Source: a virus
Taxonomy: Duplodnaviria > Caudoviricetes
DNA length: 46,962 bases
Virus record (IMG/VR): IMGVR_UViG_3300005326_000717
Location: 1-46,962 of that record
Direction: 5' to 3' (one strand)
A model generated the notes under the pieces. It saw only the letters and a program-made list of their open reading frames with translations, was not told the origin of the DNA and did not search any database. This document shows positions 46,591 to 46,962 of this stretch, in pieces (positions within the stretch are counted from its first letter, which is position 1; the number at the start of each line of letters is the position of its first letter). A program made the position numbers and the translations under genes.

Positions 46591-46962
46591 GTGAACAAAA
46601 GAATCTGGCTCATCGCCGCAATCCTCCTGATCGCAGTGATCGCGGTTATCATTGTATCGCCTGTCTCGGCAGCGACCGAGATCAACGTACCGGCCATCGT
46701 CCCACAGAGTGAGTACCTGACCGCGGCCCAGATCCGGGCCGGTGAAGGTAATGGGATCGGGATCTCGATGGACTTCATCGGGGAAAACGAGCGGATAAAA
46801 TATTTCTCCGGCTCGATCTACTTCAACAAAAAATTCGCCCTGAAATACTCTCACGAGGAGCAGGAACGGTGCTGGCTGAAAGAGTACGTATGCTCGATCC
46901 CGGAACTCGCACCGGAATGCGTGGCACGGTACAATGCCATCAGGTTACCGGCCCCCGCATAA
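46591..46962 (+). CDS. Secreted or membrane-anchored protein
   Basis: Signal peptide MNKRIWLIAAILLIAVIAVIIVSPVSA. Confidence 0.65.
   Translation: MNKRIWLIAAILLIAVIAVIIVSPVSAATEINVPAIVPQSEYLTAAQIRAGEGNGIGISMDFIGENERIKYFSGSIYFNKKFALKYSHEEQERCWLKEYVCSIPELAPECVARYNAIRLPAPA

Larger units (their letters stand above)
1..46962 (+). mobile_element. Temperate siphovirus-like (Caudoviricetes) provirus or virus genome, probably archaeal
   Basis: Integrase, terminases, portal, MuF, HK97-type capsid, neck, tail tube, frameshifted chaperone, tape measure and baseplate in canonical order; no tail sheath; archaeal-type TATA boxes and RHH regulators. Confidence 0.93.

Overview
The window looks like a near-complete (~47 kb) temperate head-tailed, siphovirus-like virus or provirus. 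The host is probably an archaeon, possibly a Methanomicrobiales-type methanogen. That is inferred from TATA-box promoters, ribbon-helix-helix regulators, a GINS-like gene, a PKD-domain adhesin and no recognisable peptidoglycan or pseudomurein hydrolase. Gene order: tyrosine integrase, two membrane proteins, and a divergent RHH switch (1-3.0 kb). Then an early operon with Mre11/Rad50, ASCH, Bro-N, a wHTH putative initiator carrying iteron-like repeats, two DNA methyltransferases, a radical-SAM enzyme and a GINS-like protein (3-20.5 kb). Then a 10-bp-phased repeat, and a ~420-nt non-coding cassette of two atypical tRNA-like cloverleaves flanking a hairpin-rich RNA (21.7-22.1 kb). Then a ParB-methyltransferase, terminases, portal, MuF, an accessory island, protease, HK97 capsid, neck, tail with a -1 frameshift chaperone, tape measure, baseplate, adhesins and an excisionase-like gene. 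All calls come from reading motifs and gene order by eye; no database searches were run. The strongest candidate for a novel system is the tRNA-like-flanked structured RNA cassette.
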